Assembly: GCF_039969275.1 (NCBI RefSeq)
Contig: NZ_JBDVOC010000003.1
Location: 31,434 to 95,433 of the forward strand
Direction of reading: 5' to 3'
DNA from: Eudoraea sp.
GTDB lineage: Bacteria; Bacteroidota; Bacteroidia; Flavobacteriales; Flavobacteriaceae
Length of the DNA stretch: 64,000 nt
Both the position numbers and the translations under genes were made by a program. Below are positions 47,161 through 57,588 of the stretch, one piece after another. A model generated the notes under the pieces. The model was not told the DNA's origin, did no database searches, and worked only from the letters and a program-made list of their open reading frames with translations. The first letter of the stretch is position 1, and the number at the start of each line of letters is the position of its first letter.

Positions 47161-47814
47161 ATGAAATTTTTTATAGATACCGCTAATTTAGATCAAATTA
47201 AAGACGCTCAGGAGCTTGGCGTTTTAGATGGGGTTACTACAAACCCTTCATTAATGGCAAAGGAGGGGATCACAGGAAAAAATAATATCTTAAAACACTA
47301 TGTGGATATATGCAACATTGTTGATGGCGATGTATCTGCCGAAGTAATTGCAACAGATTTGCAGGGAATGATCAAAGAAGGGGAGGCGCTGGCAGATTTA
47401 CACGAACAGATTGTTGTCAAGGTGCCTATGATCCGAGATGGTGTAAAAGCACTTAAATATTTTGCAGACAAGGGCATTCGAACAAATTGCACGCTGGTTT
47501 TTTCAGCGGGACAAGCCCTTTTAGCGGCAAAAGCAGGAGCTACTTATGTTTCACCGTTTATAGGAAGATTAGACGATATATCTACAGACGGATTAAATCT
47601 TATTTCGGAAATAAGGCATATTTATGACAATTATGGGTATGAAACGGAAATTTTAGCTGCTTCAATAAGACATACTATGCATATTATTGACTGTGCTAAA
47701 GTAGGTGCTGATGTTATGACCGGTCCTTTATCTGCTATTGAAGGTCTGCTAAAACATCCCTTAACAGATATAGGGTTAGCAAAGTTTTTAGCGGATTATA
47801 ATAAGGGAAATTAA
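47161..47814 (+). CDS. fsa: Fructose-6-phosphate aldolase / type 3B transaldolase
   Basis: 217 aa. [21 protein letters not shown] (Schiff-base Lys region) and SPFIGR. Confidence 0.9.
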   Translation: MKFFIDTANLDQIKDAQELGVLDGVTTNPSLMAKEGITGKNNILKHYVDICNIVDGDVSAEVIATDLQGMIKEGEALADLHEQIVVKVPMIRDGVKALKYFADKGIRTNCTLVFSAGQALLAAKAGATYVSPFIGRLDDISTDGLNLISEIRHIYDNYGYETEILAASIRHTMHIIDCAKVGADVMTGPLSAIEGLLKHPLTDIGLAKFLADYNKGN

Positions 47815-47887
47815 TTCAATAATTTCATTTGGGTAAACCGGCGATGATTATCTATAATCGTTTGTTCCACCAAACAAACTAGGTACG

Positions 47888-49267
47888 CTAGAAAGAGGTA
47901 TAAACGTTAGCAAAAGCATCTACAATAATGCCATCATTTGTAATGATACCTCTATTTGGATCATAGACAATTAGGGTATGCGCAACATCTTCAAAATTCT
48001 CTGTCCAAAATTGCTCGCTTTTATCTAGTTGTGAAACTTCGACCATATTATTCCATCGGGAATGTTCAGTTCTTACATTTAGACCAATAAAAGTATACTC
48101 CGGATATTTTTCTTTCAATAAATTAATGCGCTTAATCATATTAGTAAAATGCCTTTTTTCTGGCGCTGACCAAAAGTAAAATACAACCTGTCTGTCTTTT
48201 CCAAGGTCCTTTATAGAAACCTTATTACCATCAGAATCAAATACCAAGAGTTCCGGGAGTTCTTTCTGAGGTTGTAAATTTCTTATACCATCATATAGTC
48301 CGTTAATTTCATGTATGTGCCTATTATTCCCCGACATTTGATGAAATTCCTTAATGAAAATTTCAATATTTTCCTCTTTGTCATATTTAAGCAAATAATC
48401 CATTGCAACATTCCTGAATAAATTATCTCTAAGCTCATTTTGCTTTATTAGACTGTCTATCAACATTAATTTGTGTTGATTAAAATGAAGCTGGTTTTTG
48501 GCCATCTTAATCTGTGTTCCACAGCCTTTCTTGCAATCCATATATGAAAGGTTGCCTAAATGATACTTCATGAAATTATAATATGGCCGATAATAACATA
48601 GGCCATTATGATCATAATTGATATCGGCGCGATAGTCATAAAAATCAGGTGGAAGATCATGAATAGATTTCTCACCCTTTTTCTTTTTATGATAAAATGG
48701 ATAGGCCTCTTTGAAGATAAAAGAAGTATACATAATACCTGCTCTGGCTATTTCCATAGCACCATCCGAAAGCTCAGCCTCAGATGAAAGGTTGTTTAGC
48801 GATTCAAGCTTTAATTTTTTTAAGGAGTCTATTTTTAATGTAAATTCTTCAGGTTCAAGGCTATAGTATTTATAAATCAACTCTTCTTCCAATTCATTGG
48901 CCAGGAACATTTCCAAAAGAAAGTTATTCACCGGTTCATTTGTTCCCGAAAAAACAAGTGATTCATCAAAATCAATTGTATTTAGCCTTAATTGTAAACT
49001 ATCACCTTGCTCTAAAAACACGTATTGCTCTTCCGGAAAGTGGTAAAAATGATGAAGACCCTCATCTACTGAATCCAATTGAAAGGAGAATCTGTTATTC
49101 TCATCAAGACGTGCTGTGTCTAAAACCACGTCTCCTTTAAACAAGACAACATACTCGCTGGAAGGATTTACAATTTCACCACCAAAATAAACCTTTGGAG
49201 ATTTCTTTTCAGCGGTATTACAAGCTGCCAGTAAAAAAATAATAAAATATAGTAAAGTTTTATTCAT
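47888..49267 (-). CDS. Lipoprotein with a C-terminal TlpA/thioredoxin-like fold lacking the CXXC motif
   Basis: Start taken at MNKTLLYFIIFLLAAC (ATG 49267). The C-terminal ~130 aa look thioredoxin-like (QVVFYFWSAPEKRHF), with no Cys at the usual WCxxC position. Confidence 0.65.
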   Translation of the reverse strand: MNKTLLYFIIFLLAACNTAEKKSPKVYFGGEIVNPSSEYVVLFKGDVVLDTARLDENNRFSFQLDSVDEGLHHFYHFPEEQYVFLEQGDSLQLRLNTIDFDESLVFSGTNEPVNNFLLEMFLANELEEELIYKYYSLEPEEFTLKIDSLKKLKLESLNNLSSEAELSDGAMEIARAGIMYTSFIFKEAYPFYHKKKKGEKSIHDLPPDFYDYRADINYDHNGLCYYRPYYNFMKYHLGNLSYMDCKKGCGTQIKMAKNQLHFNQHKLMLIDSLIKQNELRDNLFRNVAMDYLLKYDKEENIEIFIKEFHQMSGNNRHIHEINGLYDGIRNLQPQKELPELLVFDSDGNKVSIKDLGKDRQVVFYFWSAPEKRHFTNMIKRINLLKEKYPEYTFIGLNVRTEHSRWNNMVEVSQLDKSEQFWTENFEDVAHTLIVYDPNRGIITNDGIIVDAFANVYTSF

Positions 49268-49412
49268 ATAATTTTCGCTGCCTACAGTATACAAAACTAG
49301 GCAAACCAACAGGTTGAAGCTGTTAAGGCGCAGTTAAAAGTTCACAATCATTGTTAATTGGGAAAGCCTTTATTCGCATGGAGGATTATTGCTACTTAGG
49401 ATTATTTTTCCC

Positions 49413-49420
49413 TATTTTTG
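49413..49420 (+). promoter_or_regulatory. Bacteroidota -7 box (TATTTTTG) for the ABC-F gene
   Basis: TAnnTTTG match 22 nt upstream of the ATG at 49443. This supports the shorter start rather than the 49389 track start. Confidence 0.5.
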
Positions 49421-49442
49421 CAAAAATTTTAAAAATACAAGT

Positions 49443-51071
49443 ATGTTATCTGTTTCCAATTTATCAGTTCAATTTGGTAAAAGAATACTTTTTGATGAAG
49501 TAAATGTTAGCTTCACACAAGGCAACTGTTATGGTATCATTGGTGCTAATGGCGCAGGGAAATCTACTTTTTTAAAGATACTCTCCGGTGAAATTGACCC
49601 AACTTCAGGTAAGGTAAACCTTGAACCGGGTCGTCGTATGTCTGTTTTGGAGCAAAATCATAATGCCTATGATGATATAGCAGTGCTGGAAACTGTGGTT
49701 ATGGGAAACAAACCTTTATATAAAATTAAAAAAGAGATAGATGCTCTTTATGCCGACTACACTGATGAAAATGCGGATAAAATTGGAGAGCTGCAGGTTA
49801 CCTTTGAGGAAATGAATGGCTGGAACGCTGATAGCGATGCAGCTACCTTGTTATCAAATTTGGGAATTCAGGAAGTATTGCATTATACCTTAATGTCTGA
49901 ACTTGATTCAAAATTAAAAGTTCGTGTTCTCCTTGCCCAGGCTTTATTTGGAAATCCTGATGTTTTAATAATGGATGAGCCCACTAATGATTTGGACTAT
50001 GAAACCATTACATGGTTAGAAAATTTCCTGGCTTCTTATGATAATACGGTAATTGTAGTGTCTCATGACCGCCATTTTCTGGATGCGGTTTGTACTAATA
50101 TTTCCGATATAGATTTTGGTAAAATCAATTCCTTTTCCGGTAATTACTCCTTTTGGTATGAGAGCAGTCAATTAGCAGCCAGGCAAAGGGCACAACAAAA
50201 CAAGAAAGCAGAAGACAAGGCTAAAGAATTACAAGAGTTTATTCGACGATTTAGTGCCAATGTCGCTAAAAGCAAGCAGGCAACTTCAAGAAAAAAAATG
50301 TTGGAAAAACTTAAGATTGAGGACATCAAACCGTCAAGTAGGAGATACCCTGCAATAATTTTTGAACAGGAAAGGGAAGCCGGTGACCAAATTTTAAATA
50401 TTGAAAATTTAGCTGCAAGTTCTGAGGATGGGGAATTATTGTTCCAAAACTTAAATCTGAATTTAGCTAAAGGAGATAAAGTAACCATTTTGTCCAGAGA
50501 TTCCAGGGCAACAACGGCTTTTTATGAAATTATCAACGGCAAAAGAAAAGCTGATAGTGGTAAATATCACTGGGGAATTACAACTGCACAATCGTATTTG
50601 CCTGCTGATAATTCTGATTATTTCAACGAAAATTTGAATTTGGTGGATTGGTTGCGGCAATGGGCCAAAACCGAAGAGGAAAGAGAGGAAGTATATATAC
50701 GTGGGTTTTTAGGTAAAATGTTGTTCAGTGGTGAGGAGGCATTAAAAAAGTGTACGGTTCTATCTGGTGGTGAAAAAGTACGATGTATGCTTAGTAGAAT
50801 GATGATGATCAGGGCTAACGTACTGATGTTAGATGAACCTACTAACCACCTTGATCTTGAAAGTATAACAGCCTTTAATAATTCGCTTAACAATTTTAAG
50901 GGCACAGTTATATTCACTACTCATGATCATCAATTCGCTCAAACCGTGGCAAATAGGATCGTGGAATTGACTCCAAAAGATACTATAGACAGATATTTAA
51001 CGTTTGATGAATATATGTCTGACAAGGCTATAAGGGAACAACGTGATAAAATGTATGCAATACCCGTATAG
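49443..51071 (+). CDS. ABC-F family ATPase (YbiT-like, translation-associated)
   Basis: 542 aa from MLSVSNLSVQFG. Two ABC cassettes (GANGAGKS, LSGGEKVR, no TM domain) separated by a basic linker. The N-terminal half is close to E. coli YbiT as I recall it. Confidence 0.88.
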   Translation: MLSVSNLSVQFGKRILFDEVNVSFTQGNCYGIIGANGAGKSTFLKILSGEIDPTSGKVNLEPGRRMSVLEQNHNAYDDIAVLETVVMGNKPLYKIKKEIDALYADYTDENADKIGELQVTFEEMNGWNADSDAATLLSNLGIQEVLHYTLMSELDSKLKVRVLLAQALFGNPDVLIMDEPTNDLDYETITWLENFLASYDNTVIVVSHDRHFLDAVCTNISDIDFGKINSFSGNYSFWYESSQLAARQRAQQNKKAEDKAKELQEFIRRFSANVAKSKQATSRKKMLEKLKIEDIKPSSRRYPAIIFEQEREAGDQILNIENLAASSEDGELLFQNLNLNLAKGDKVTILSRDSRATTAFYEIINGKRKADSGKYHWGITTAQSYLPADNSDYFNENLNLVDWLRQWAKTEEEREEVYIRGFLGKMLFSGEEALKKCTVLSGGEKVRCMLSRMMMIRANVLMLDEPTNHLDLESITAFNNSLNNFKGTVIFTTHDHQFAQTVANRIVELTPKDTIDRYLTFDEYMSDKAIREQRDKMYAIPV

Positions 51072-51100
51072 CTGAATAGGACCTCCCAAATCCTAATGCT

Positions 51101-52243
51101 ATGCAAACCTACAGAATTTACTTTCTATTGCTGGCCCTTTTTATGCTGGGCTGTAGTGATAATACTGGAGAAGATCAGAATATAAAAGAAGATTTACCGA
51201 ATGTTGATGCCAATTACTCACTATTGGTGCAATCTAATGAAGTTTTATCGCTTATTAATTTGGATGCCGATGCTGAGACTATCTTTTTAGATCCAGGGGT
51301 AAGTGAATTTGAAGCTATTTCTTCCCCTGCAGTTACTTACAGAGATGGTAACGAAATAAGTATTTTTAATTCTCAAACGGATTGTTCAGGCAGAATTTCC
51401 CTATATGATTTTAAAAATGACACCTTACAAAAAACGGTCGTCTTTGATGATTTGGGAAATTGCGATCTTATTATTCGGGCACTTGCCCATTCCGGAAATA
51501 TCTTCTACGTTGGGTATGAGGTTCCCGGGAAAGGAGCCAAAGAGACACTTTATTATATTCGAATAATTGATACTTCAATTTCAGAACCTGAATTTGTTGA
51601 TATTGTACTGGATAAAAGACCTTTACAGGCAGTTTTTTCAAATAATCAGGTATTTATTTTATCAGAGGATATAGAAGATGATAATAAAAATAGCTTGATA
51701 GTGCTTGATACCGGGATTGAAGAATTAGCAGCTGATATAAATCTCGGATTTGAGGTACAAAGAATTTTTAAATCCGATGATGGCAACATAATAGTAAGTT
51801 ATCCTGAATTACATAATTTTATTAGTAGTTCTACATTGGCGGTAACCGCAACCATTCGCTATGAAGAAGATAAGGAACCTAGATTCGGAGATTCTAAGGC
51901 CTTCTATTACGATGATATAGGGAATCTTTATTATTCAATGCCCACGAATTTTTCCGGGACTTCATATCCAAATATTCCGGCTGTTTATGAATTTGAAAAT
52001 AATACTGCAATTCTTTATTACTATGAGAATTTTTTATCAGAACAGGAACAATTAGTTGAATTCCAAATTGGTGATACCAGTATGGTATCATATGATGCCA
52101 AAAACAACCTTATTTTAATTGGATATCGGAAATCAGGAGATCCCGGTAAGGGGGGACTATTGCGCGTCAGACCTATTCCCAACCCTGCATTTATTGATAA
52201 TATTGATCTGAATGGAGTACCTTTTCAGATGTATACCAACTAA
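51101..52243 (+). CDS. Hypothetical lipoprotein (beta-rich, possibly propeller-like)
   Basis: 380 aa with lipobox MLGC. No domain recognised. Confidence 0.6.
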   Translation: MQTYRIYFLLLALFMLGCSDNTGEDQNIKEDLPNVDANYSLLVQSNEVLSLINLDADAETIFLDPGVSEFEAISSPAVTYRDGNEISIFNSQTDCSGRISLYDFKNDTLQKTVVFDDLGNCDLIIRALAHSGNIFYVGYEVPGKGAKETLYYIRIIDTSISEPEFVDIVLDKRPLQAVFSNNQVFILSEDIEDDNKNSLIVLDTGIEELAADINLGFEVQRIFKSDDGNIIVSYPELHNFISSSTLAVTATIRYEEDKEPRFGDSKAFYYDDIGNLYYSMPTNFSGTSYPNIPAVYEFENNTAILYYYENFLSEQEQLVEFQIGDTSMVSYDAKNNLILIGYRKSGDPGKGGLLRVRPIPNPAFIDNIDLNGVPFQMYTN

Positions 52244-52297
52244 TTTGACGCCGTAAGGAAAAGTTAATACTTATGTCAATTTCTCTGGTATATGAGT

Positions 52298-53014
52298 TCA
52301 AGCGTTAAAATATTTACTATTCCAAATAGCGGGATTAAAATTCTTACCCAAAGCGAATCCATAGAAAATAACTACAGCGGCTATAGATTTGAACATAAAA
52401 AAGAATATTATCATGAATTCCATCTGAGAATTTGATTTTGAAAAAAGGCCGTTAGGAATAAAGAGTGTAGTTAGCCAACTAATAAAAACTACAAGTAATG
52501 TAAGGTTGACAATATTCTTAAATGGCCAAACCAGAATTCTGCGTAATGGATGCAAGTCATTACCCCATTTATCAATTAAATAAAAATATCCATTGCCAAT
52601 AGCAGCAAATAATAGGGGATCATCTTTATCGGCTAATTTGAAAAGTTTTGATGGGGCGACTATTTTAAAGCCTTCAATTTCAATAATATGCTTTTGTTCC
52701 AGTAGTTTTATCTTATCAATGGTTTTATCCGGAATCGGACCTTTAAAATATTTTGAGTCAAGAAAACGAAGTCTGTAGTTAATGCAGATTTCCTTTATTT
52801 GATCAATGTGAAAAATCCTGTCTGTTTCTAAAAGATCAAATTTGAAATTATTTTCAATTCTATTGGCATTACCAGATATTTTTTTCAGAATTTTTACTTC
52901 TTTTTCGGAAGATTTCTGCAAGAGTGAGTATACTTCATTAATAAGTTGTTCTTCGGAGGACCGAAGTTTAGCTTTATAGAGTTGTTCCCGAATATTTGTG
53001 GGTTTTAATAACAT
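52298..53014 (-). CDS. Hypothetical membrane protein
   Basis: 238 aa. Soluble N-terminal ~165 aa followed by two hydrophobic segments. Confidence 0.6.
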   Translation of the reverse strand: MLLKPTNIREQLYKAKLRSSEEQLINEVYSLLQKSSEKEVKILKKISGNANRIENNFKFDLLETDRIFHIDQIKEICINYRLRFLDSKYFKGPIPDKTIDKIKLLEQKHIIEIEGFKIVAPSKLFKLADKDDPLLFAAIGNGYFYLIDKWGNDLHPLRRILVWPFKNIVNLTLLVVFISWLTTLFIPNGLFSKSNSQMEFMIIFFFMFKSIAAVVIFYGFALGKNFNPAIWNSKYFNA

Positions 53015-53216
53015 GGGTTTCTTTTTCTCGCAATTGATTCAAAAATAATGAATTGAACTTATGAAACAAATGCTGTTTAAGAATTGATCAATGTTAATAC
53101 TTTGTTAAATTCTATGAAATGCATTTTCACTTATATGATTGTGTCGGCCATAATTGTATCTTGTCGGCTAAGCTGTACCGTTCATCGATAATCAAGAATA
53201 ATTCAAATTAGACACC

Positions 53217-53768
53217 ATGAAACTTTTGGCAACCCCCCTAAGCCTACTTGCCTTATTGACCTCTTTTGCTACTTTTTCTCAAACTTCCCTTGCCTCCGTA
53301 AACAATGATCTTTTAAAAAAAACAATTATTCGGAGCACTGAAGAATCTCAAATTCACAAAATGCTTCTTGTGGCTGTAAAAGCTGCAGATCTTGAAGAAA
53401 CGCTCGCTAGTGATGGGCCATTTACAGTTTTTGCTCCTTCGGACGGCGCCTTTGAAAAAATGTCTGCAGATAAAATAGCTTCACTCTTAAGACCCGAAAA
53501 CAAAAGAGCTTTACAATCTTTGGTTACTTACCATATCGTTGCCGGTAACTTTACAGCTTCTAAAATATTAAAGGCAATGTGCAGGGGTAAAGGTAGTGCC
53601 AGTTTAACCACAGTTCAGGGTAATGAGCTATTGGCCACGATGGACGGCCTGGATATTATTTTAACCGATTGTTTTGGAAATATAGCCAGGATAACCTCTG
53701 CAGATGCCAATCAGAGCAATGGAGTAATCCATGTAATTGACAGCGTAATTTTGCCAAATCAATTGTAA
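53217..53768 (+). CDS. Fasciclin (FAS1) domain-containing secreted protein
   Basis: 183 aa with a signal peptide. GPFTVFAPSDGAF, YHIV, and NGVIHVIDSVILP are FAS1 H1/H2 motifs. Confidence 0.88.
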   Translation: MKLLATPLSLLALLTSFATFSQTSLASVNNDLLKKTIIRSTEESQIHKMLLVAVKAADLEETLASDGPFTVFAPSDGAFEKMSADKIASLLRPENKRALQSLVTYHIVAGNFTASKILKAMCRGKGSASLTTVQGNELLATMDGLDIILTDCFGNIARITSADANQSNGVIHVIDSVILPNQL

Positions 53769-53769
53769 C

Positions 53770-56196
53770 CTAACGTAACTCTGCCCCCAACTCTTTTTCA
53801 AAGCGCTGTTGCAGTTTTTTCATAATCTTATCGATCTGCTTGTCCGTTAATGTTTTACGGGCGTCCCCAATTGTAAATCCTACGGCATATGATTTTTTTT
53901 CCGGAGGAAGATTTTTTCCGGTATAAACGTCAAAAAGAGTAATATTTTTCAGTAGATTTCTTTCCGTATCGAAGGCAATAGTTTTGATTTCATCGAATGT
54001 TATACCCATGTCCAATAATAAAGCTAAATCTCTTTTTACCTCAGGAAATCTCGGAATTTTCTCAAAAATTATTTCGTTTTTACTGATGATTTCTGATAAG
54101 GCGTCCCAATTAAAATCAGCATAAAAAACTTCTTGTTTAATATCAAATTCTTTTAAAATAGATTTTTGAACTATTCCAAAGGATACCAGTTCGGTTTTAC
54201 TTTTTTTCAGGCTGAGGCCTTCAAGGAAAATGTCATTCTGTTCGTAAAAAGATTCGTAATCCGCAATACCAAGGCGTGCTAAAACCTGTTCAACTACTGC
54301 TTTTAGAAAATAAAAGTCTGTAGGCTTGGAGGGAGAGATCCAGCTGTTTTCATTTCGGGTTCCGGTTACAATTAATGATAAGTGCCTGCTCTCTATATAA
54401 TCCGATTTCGAGTTCTGATATGTTTTTCCAAACTCGAACAAATTCAGGTTCTGTTTTTTTCGGTTTATATTATAAGCCACTGTTTCTAACGCTGAAAACA
54501 GCATGGTTTGTCTCAAAACTGACAAATCTGCACTTAATGGATTTAACATGGCAACGCCAGATTTTTCAGAATTATTACCCAGAAATTTGTCATAATTAGG
54601 ACTGGTAAGGCTATTGGTTAAAATTTCATAAAAACCTCTTGAGGCCAGCATGTCGCCAATTAGTTTTTCGAGTTTATGATCTTCAAATCTTGTACTGGTA
54701 GCAATAGAAGCATTCAACTTTTCTTTGAAATCAATATTGTTGTATCCGTAAACTCGCAAAATTTCTTCAATTACATCCACTTCTCTTTGTACATCTACCC
54801 TGTAAAATGGAATGAGAAGCCCTAATCCGGATTCGGTAGAATTTTTAACCTGGATATCCAAGGACGCCAATATTGACTTAATTGTATCTGCGGGTATTTT
54901 TTGACCTATCAAGGTGTCAATTCTTTCGAAAGAAAGAAACACCTGATAATCATCTTTCTTTCGAGGATAAAGATCTACGACGTCCGAAGTAATATCTCCC
55001 CCGGTAATCTCACTTATCAATAAAGCTGCCCTTCGCAAGCAATATTCAGTATTATTTATATCTACACCTCTTTCAAAACGAAAAGACGCATCAGTATTTA
55101 ATCCGTGCCGTTTGGCCGTTTTCCTAATTGAAATGGGATCAAAATATGCACTTTCAAGAAATATTGATTTGGTATTTTCAGTTACGCCAGTATTAATTCC
55201 TCCAAAAACTCCGGCAATGCACATGGGTTTCTCATCATCACATATCATCAAGTCCTCTTCATCTAATGTGCGTTCTTCACCATCAAGGGTCATAAATTTA
55301 GTTCCGGCTGGTAAAGTTTTTACAATAATCTTTTTACCACTGATTCTATCGGCATCAAATGCATGTAAGGGTTGCCCCAATTCATGAAGCACGTAATTTG
55401 TAGCGTCTACGACATTATTAATAGGGCTAAGACCAATTGCTTGCATTCTATTTTTTAACCAGTCTGGAGACGGCTGAACAATAAGATTACTAAGTGTTAC
55501 TCCACAATACCTAGGTGCTAGTTTATTATTTTCAACCGAAACAGCTATTTTTAATGATCTGTTTTCAACATTAAAATTACTTACCGAAGGAGTGATAAGT
55601 TCTGTATGAATATCTCTCTGTTTAAGCCCTGCTTTCAGATCCCTCGCCACTCCATGATGACTCATAGCGTCAGCCCTGTTTGGTGTTAAGCCGATTTCAA
55701 AGATTTCATCTTTCTCTATTTCAAATACTTCAGAACAAGCCGTTCCCGGGATGAGGACCTCACTTAAAACCATAATACCGTCATGGCTATCGCCTAAACC
55801 TAACTCATCTTCAGCACAAATCATTCCATGACTCTCAACTCCTCGAATCTTTCCTTTCTTAATTACCAGGGTCTTTCCTTCATTGGAATATAGCGTAGAA
55901 CCTATAGTGGCAACAGGAACCATTTGTCCCTTCGCTACGTTTGGTGCGCCACAAACTATCTGAACAGGTTTTTCTAAACCAATATCAACTGTTGTCAGCT
56001 TTAGCCTATCGGCATCAGGATGCTTTTCACAACTCAGGACATGGCCTACTACTATACCCTCTAAAGAACCAGGAATAGACTCGAATTGGGAAATACCTTC
56101 TACTTCAAGTCCTAAATTGGTTAGAAGTCCCCCTGTTTTTTCTGCTTCCCAGTCGAGCTTAAGAAACTGTTTTAACCAGTTATAGGAAATTTTCAT
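53770..56196 (-). CDS. pheT: Phenylalanine--tRNA ligase beta subunit
   Basis: 808 aa. MKISYNWLK start, tRNA-binding OB domain, B3/4, B5 and FDX-ACB domains. Confidence 0.95.
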   Translation of the reverse strand: MKISYNWLKQFLKLDWEAEKTGGLLTNLGLEVEGISQFESIPGSLEGIVVGHVLSCEKHPDADRLKLTTVDIGLEKPVQIVCGAPNVAKGQMVPVATIGSTLYSNEGKTLVIKKGKIRGVESHGMICAEDELGLGDSHDGIMVLSEVLIPGTACSEVFEIEKDEIFEIGLTPNRADAMSHHGVARDLKAGLKQRDIHTELITPSVSNFNVENRSLKIAVSVENNKLAPRYCGVTLSNLIVQPSPDWLKNRMQAIGLSPINNVVDATNYVLHELGQPLHAFDADRISGKKIIVKTLPAGTKFMTLDGEERTLDEEDLMICDDEKPMCIAGVFGGINTGVTENTKSIFLESAYFDPISIRKTAKRHGLNTDASFRFERGVDINNTEYCLRRAALLISEITGGDITSDVVDLYPRKKDDYQVFLSFERIDTLIGQKIPADTIKSILASLDIQVKNSTESGLGLLIPFYRVDVQREVDVIEEILRVYGYNNIDFKEKLNASIATSTRFEDHKLEKLIGDMLASRGFYEILTNSLTSPNYDKFLGNNSEKSGVAMLNPLSADLSVLRQTMLFSALETVAYNINRKKQNLNLFEFGKTYQNSKSDYIESRHLSLIVTGTRNENSWISPSKPTDFYFLKAVVEQVLARLGIADYESFYEQNDIFLEGLSLKKSKTELVSFGIVQKSILKEFDIKQEVFYADFNWDALSEIISKNEIIFEKIPRFPEVKRDLALLLDMGITFDEIKTIAFDTERNLLKNITLFDVYTGKNLPPEKKSYAVGFTIGDARKTLTDKQIDKIMKKLQQRFEKELGAELR

Positions 56197-56323
56197 TGGC
56201 TAGTTTTAGCCTTCAAAGATAAAACAAAGGTCTTACACATTCAATATACTAGAGGCCGAATAGCTTTATTTTTTAATAAGGGATTTTAATCGTTATTTCG
56301 CATTAAATATTAGAACCAATCCA

Positions 56324-57544
56324 ATGAGAGGATTTTACTATTTTTCCATGCTATTTTTAACTATAATGTCTTGTGCCAAACAGGATAGTCAACCGCTTAG
56401 GGAAGGGATTTGGTTAGCTCAATTGGAAGTGATGGATCAAGAGCTTCTACCTTTTAATTTTAATTTAAAAAAAATTGAATCGGGATATGTTATAGATGTT
56501 TATAATGCGGGAGAAACTGTTCAGGTCGATGAGATTGAAATCCATAATGACAGCATAAAAATTAAAATGCCTGCATTTGAGGGCTATATCTCGGGAACTT
56601 TTAATGATTCAGTTATAAGTGGCGAATTTATAAAAGAAAGCCTTGATAGAATTGTACCATTTCATGCGGTATTTGGTGATAGCATTAGATTTCATAGCTC
56701 AGCAAATGCCAGGGTAAATGTTTCCGGGATATGGGAAACCAAATTTAGCCCGGATTCTGAAGATGAGTATTTGGCCAAGGGTATTTTCTCACAACAAGTC
56801 AACAAGGTTAGTGGTACTTTTAGAACAAACACGGGTGATTATAGATATTTAGAAGGGATAGTAGATGGGGATAGTTTGAAACTCTCAACTTTTGATGGTG
56901 CTCACGCTTTTTTGTTTACAGCTAAGGCGACAGATAGTAGTTTAAGCGGAACTTTTTATTCTGGAAATCATTTTAAAGAACCTTTTACCGCCTACAGGAA
57001 TGAAAGCTTTGAATTAGCTGACGAAGAATCTCTAACCTTTTTGAATGATGGGTATGAAGAATTGCAGTTTTCGTTTCCAAATACCGATGATTCCCTAATT
57101 TCCCTCGAGGACTCCAGATTTAAGGAAAAAGTTATAGTCGTTCAAATTATGGGAACCTGGTGTCCCAATTGCCTTGATGAAACCAAATTTTTGTCAGATT
57201 ACGTAAAAACCAAAAATCATGACAATTTTGAAGTGGTTGCCCTGGCTTTCGAATACGCCAAGACCAAAGACCTGGCTTTTAAAGGCATAGAAAGACTAAA
57301 AAGTAGAGTAGGGGTGCCTTATCCAATTCTTCTGGCGCAATATGCTAGTTCGAGTAAAAGCAAAGCGAACGAAAAACTACCAATGTTAAATCATGTTTTA
57401 TCATATCCTACAACAATCTTTATTGATAAAAAGGGAAAGGTAAGGAAGATACATACTGGATTTAACGGACCGGCCACAGGCCAAAAGTATATTGATTTTA
57501 AAGAAGATTTTGATCAATATATTGAATTGCTGTTAAGCGAATAA
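56324..57544 (+). CDS. TlpA-family thiol:disulfide oxidoreductase lipoprotein
   Basis: 406 aa with lipobox IMSC. N-terminal domain of unknown function plus a C-terminal thioredoxin fold with MGTWCPNC. Confidence 0.8.
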   Translation: MRGFYYFSMLFLTIMSCAKQDSQPLREGIWLAQLEVMDQELLPFNFNLKKIESGYVIDVYNAGETVQVDEIEIHNDSIKIKMPAFEGYISGTFNDSVISGEFIKESLDRIVPFHAVFGDSIRFHSSANARVNVSGIWETKFSPDSEDEYLAKGIFSQQVNKVSGTFRTNTGDYRYLEGIVDGDSLKLSTFDGAHAFLFTAKATDSSLSGTFYSGNHFKEPFTAYRNESFELADEESLTFLNDGYEELQFSFPNTDDSLISLEDSRFKEKVIVVQIMGTWCPNCLDETKFLSDYVKTKNHDNFEVVALAFEYAKTKDLAFKGIERLKSRVGVPYPILLAQYASSSKSKANEKLPMLNHVLSYPTTIFIDKKGKVRKIHTGFNGPATGQKYIDFKEDFDQYIELLLSE

Positions 57545-57588
57545 TTCAAACTTCAAATTTGAAAGTCTGGGACGAATTAAAAGCTCTC

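Noticed and set aside
47860-47879. 7-bp AT-rich hairpin between fsa and the convergent lipoprotein gene, and a 12-nt palindrome TTCAAATTTGAA at about 57551-57562
   Set aside because: The stems are too short or weak, or have no loop, so I cannot assert terminators. They are mentioned only as possible weak bidirectional stops.
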